51,186 nt of DNA from positions 1 to 51,186 of the forward strand of contig JABIFP010000003.1 of assembly GCA_018650645.1 (NCBI GenBank), given 5' to 3'. Under the pieces are notes generated by a model. The model was not told the origin of the DNA. It saw only the letters and a list, made by a program, of their open reading frames with translations, and searched no databases. Position 1 is the stretch's first letter, and each line of letters begins with the position of its first letter. Shown here piece by piece: positions 49,981 through 51,186 of this stretch. A program made the position numbers and the translations under genes. The DNA comes from Candidatus Magasanikiibacteriota bacterium (GTDB lineage: Bacteria > Patescibacteriota > Patescibacteriia > Magasanikbacterales > UBA922).

Positions 49981-51096
49981 TTATGGAATCTGTAATACTT
50001 TGGGATAATTGGTTAGATTTTTACATCCATCTTTTGTGATAACAACAACATCCTCAATTCGCACACCACCAAGCTCAGAATAATAGAGTCCTGGTTCTAC
50101 CGTAACCACATTTCCAATTTCTGCAGTTGCTTTACTCCCAGCGCTTACATATGGTGCCTCATGAATTTCAACACCGAGTCCATGACCTGTTCCGTGAATA
50201 AATCCTTCATCTTTAGTTTTGTGACCAAGCTGAATGAATGTTTGTACACACGCCGCATGCACATCAGCAAATGGTACGCCTGGCGCAATCAGTTTTATTG
50301 CGCGCTCCTGCGCTAATTGCACGGCATCATACATTTCCTGCAATACGGTAGACACATCGCCCTTAATATATGTCCGCGTCATGTCTGCAAAGTATCCTGT
50401 TTGTGTATCTCTTGGAAAAATGTCACAAATAATTGTTTGATTTGGCCTCAATGCTCCACTTCCAGAGTGATGAGGAATTGCCGCGTGCTGTGCACAGGAA
50501 ATAATCATGCCTTCTTCATTTTTCATACCTTGCTCAAGTAGCACATGCTCAACTTCTTGACTGAGCAGTTCACTTGTCAGTACTTCTCCAGTATCTCCAA
50601 CAATAAAATCCCCTTTTATTTCTGCCTCTGCTAATCGATTTTCTATATACGTGAATGCGATTTGTGTTTTTTTCAGGGCCGACGTTATTGCCTGCACTTC
50701 CTGCATGCTTTTTGTTAATCGATTCGGGAAAAAGGGTTGTTGCACATTGATTATTATTCTTTGCCGTTCTAAAAACTTTGCCAAAAGTAATGGAAATGAG
50801 GGTGGCACAGCTATTGTATTCCCTTCCCCATATTCTTTTATAATAAGTAATGCTAACTGCTGCACTACGGTTGAATCTCCAGCCAACTCGCGTGCCCTAT
50901 CTAATAATGAATTCACCAGTATCAATTCTATATTAGGATTTGTATTTTTTTCTACAAACACCCCGTACTCACGATGATCTAAAAAAATGAATGTTTGACT
51001 ATCTGTTATAAGTGCAAAAAAAGGATCAGCAACCTGTACTTTTGTGAGGTAGTACATGTCAGCATCTTTTGTTGAACTGTATAGTAATGAAGTCAT
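49981..51096 (-). CDS. Xaa-Pro aminopeptidase (M24B)
   Basis: PHH, DIFPR..GYFADMTRT, HGTGHGLGVEIHEAP, TVEPGLY..GGVRIED. Confidence 0.95.
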   Translation of the reverse strand: MTSLLYSSTKDADMYYLTKVQVADPFFALITDSQTFIFLDHREYGVFVEKNTNPNIELILVNSLLDRARELAGDSTVVQQLALLIIKEYGEGNTIAVPPSFPLLLAKFLERQRIIINVQQPFFPNRLTKSMQEVQAITSALKKTQIAFTYIENRLAEAEIKGDFIVGDTGEVLTSELLSQEVEHVLLEQGMKNEEGMIISCAQHAAIPHHSGSGALRPNQTIICDIFPRDTQTGYFADMTRTYIKGDVSTVLQEMYDAVQLAQERAIKLIAPGVPFADVHAACVQTFIQLGHKTKDEGFIHGTGHGLGVEIHEAPYVSAGSKATAEIGNVVTVEPGLYYSELGGVRIEDVVVITKDGCKNLTNYPKVLQIP

Positions 51097-51186
51097 AAAA
51101 ATTTGGTTACGTTGGTGCCCCACCCAAACCACAGAGTGGCCGGTAGGGCTAACCAGAACATGGGTAGATTACCACACCATGTGACC

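Noticed and set aside
51176-51186. accatgtgacc also at 49786-49796 (GHMV), hinting at a paralog of the 60-aa ORF
   Set aside because: Only 11 nt at the window edge; cannot be distinguished from chance

Overview
Chromosomal segment from a Patescibacteria/CPR-type bacterium. The assignment is inferred from no rpmD in the spc cluster, an unlinked 16S gene, mostly SD-less housekeeping genes and large Cys-rich/LamG surface proteins; the genetic code is standard (11). The core is the translation supercluster on the minus strand (rpsL-rpsG-fusA, then tuf-rpsJ, S10/spc genes, secY, adk, map). About 10.6 kb is inserted between fusA and tuf: a giant surface protein, a DUF2061-trmD-CDPS-SET operon, a stand-alone 16S rRNA gene, a GC-rich lipoprotein cassette and an acidic hypothetical gene. 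The flanks carry LamG proteins, Pif1-like and UvrD helicases, greA, tRNA-Asn, tRNA-Trp, rpmG, rpmB, ndk, a histidine kinase and peptidases. Best candidates for undescribed biology: (1) a cyclodipeptide synthase tightly linked to a SET-domain methyltransferase; (2) two hairpin-dense minus-strand regions (44.1-45.2 kb and 48.3-48.9 kb) rich in GGA/Shine-Dalgarno motifs, sharing a short motif and carrying micro-ORFs; (3) a recurring class of GC-rich, SD-led orphan mini-genes; (4) a GTAG REP-like hairpin family, one copy lying within a duplication of the tRNA-Asn 5' end. All calls come from reading the sequence by eye; no searches or folding programs were run.
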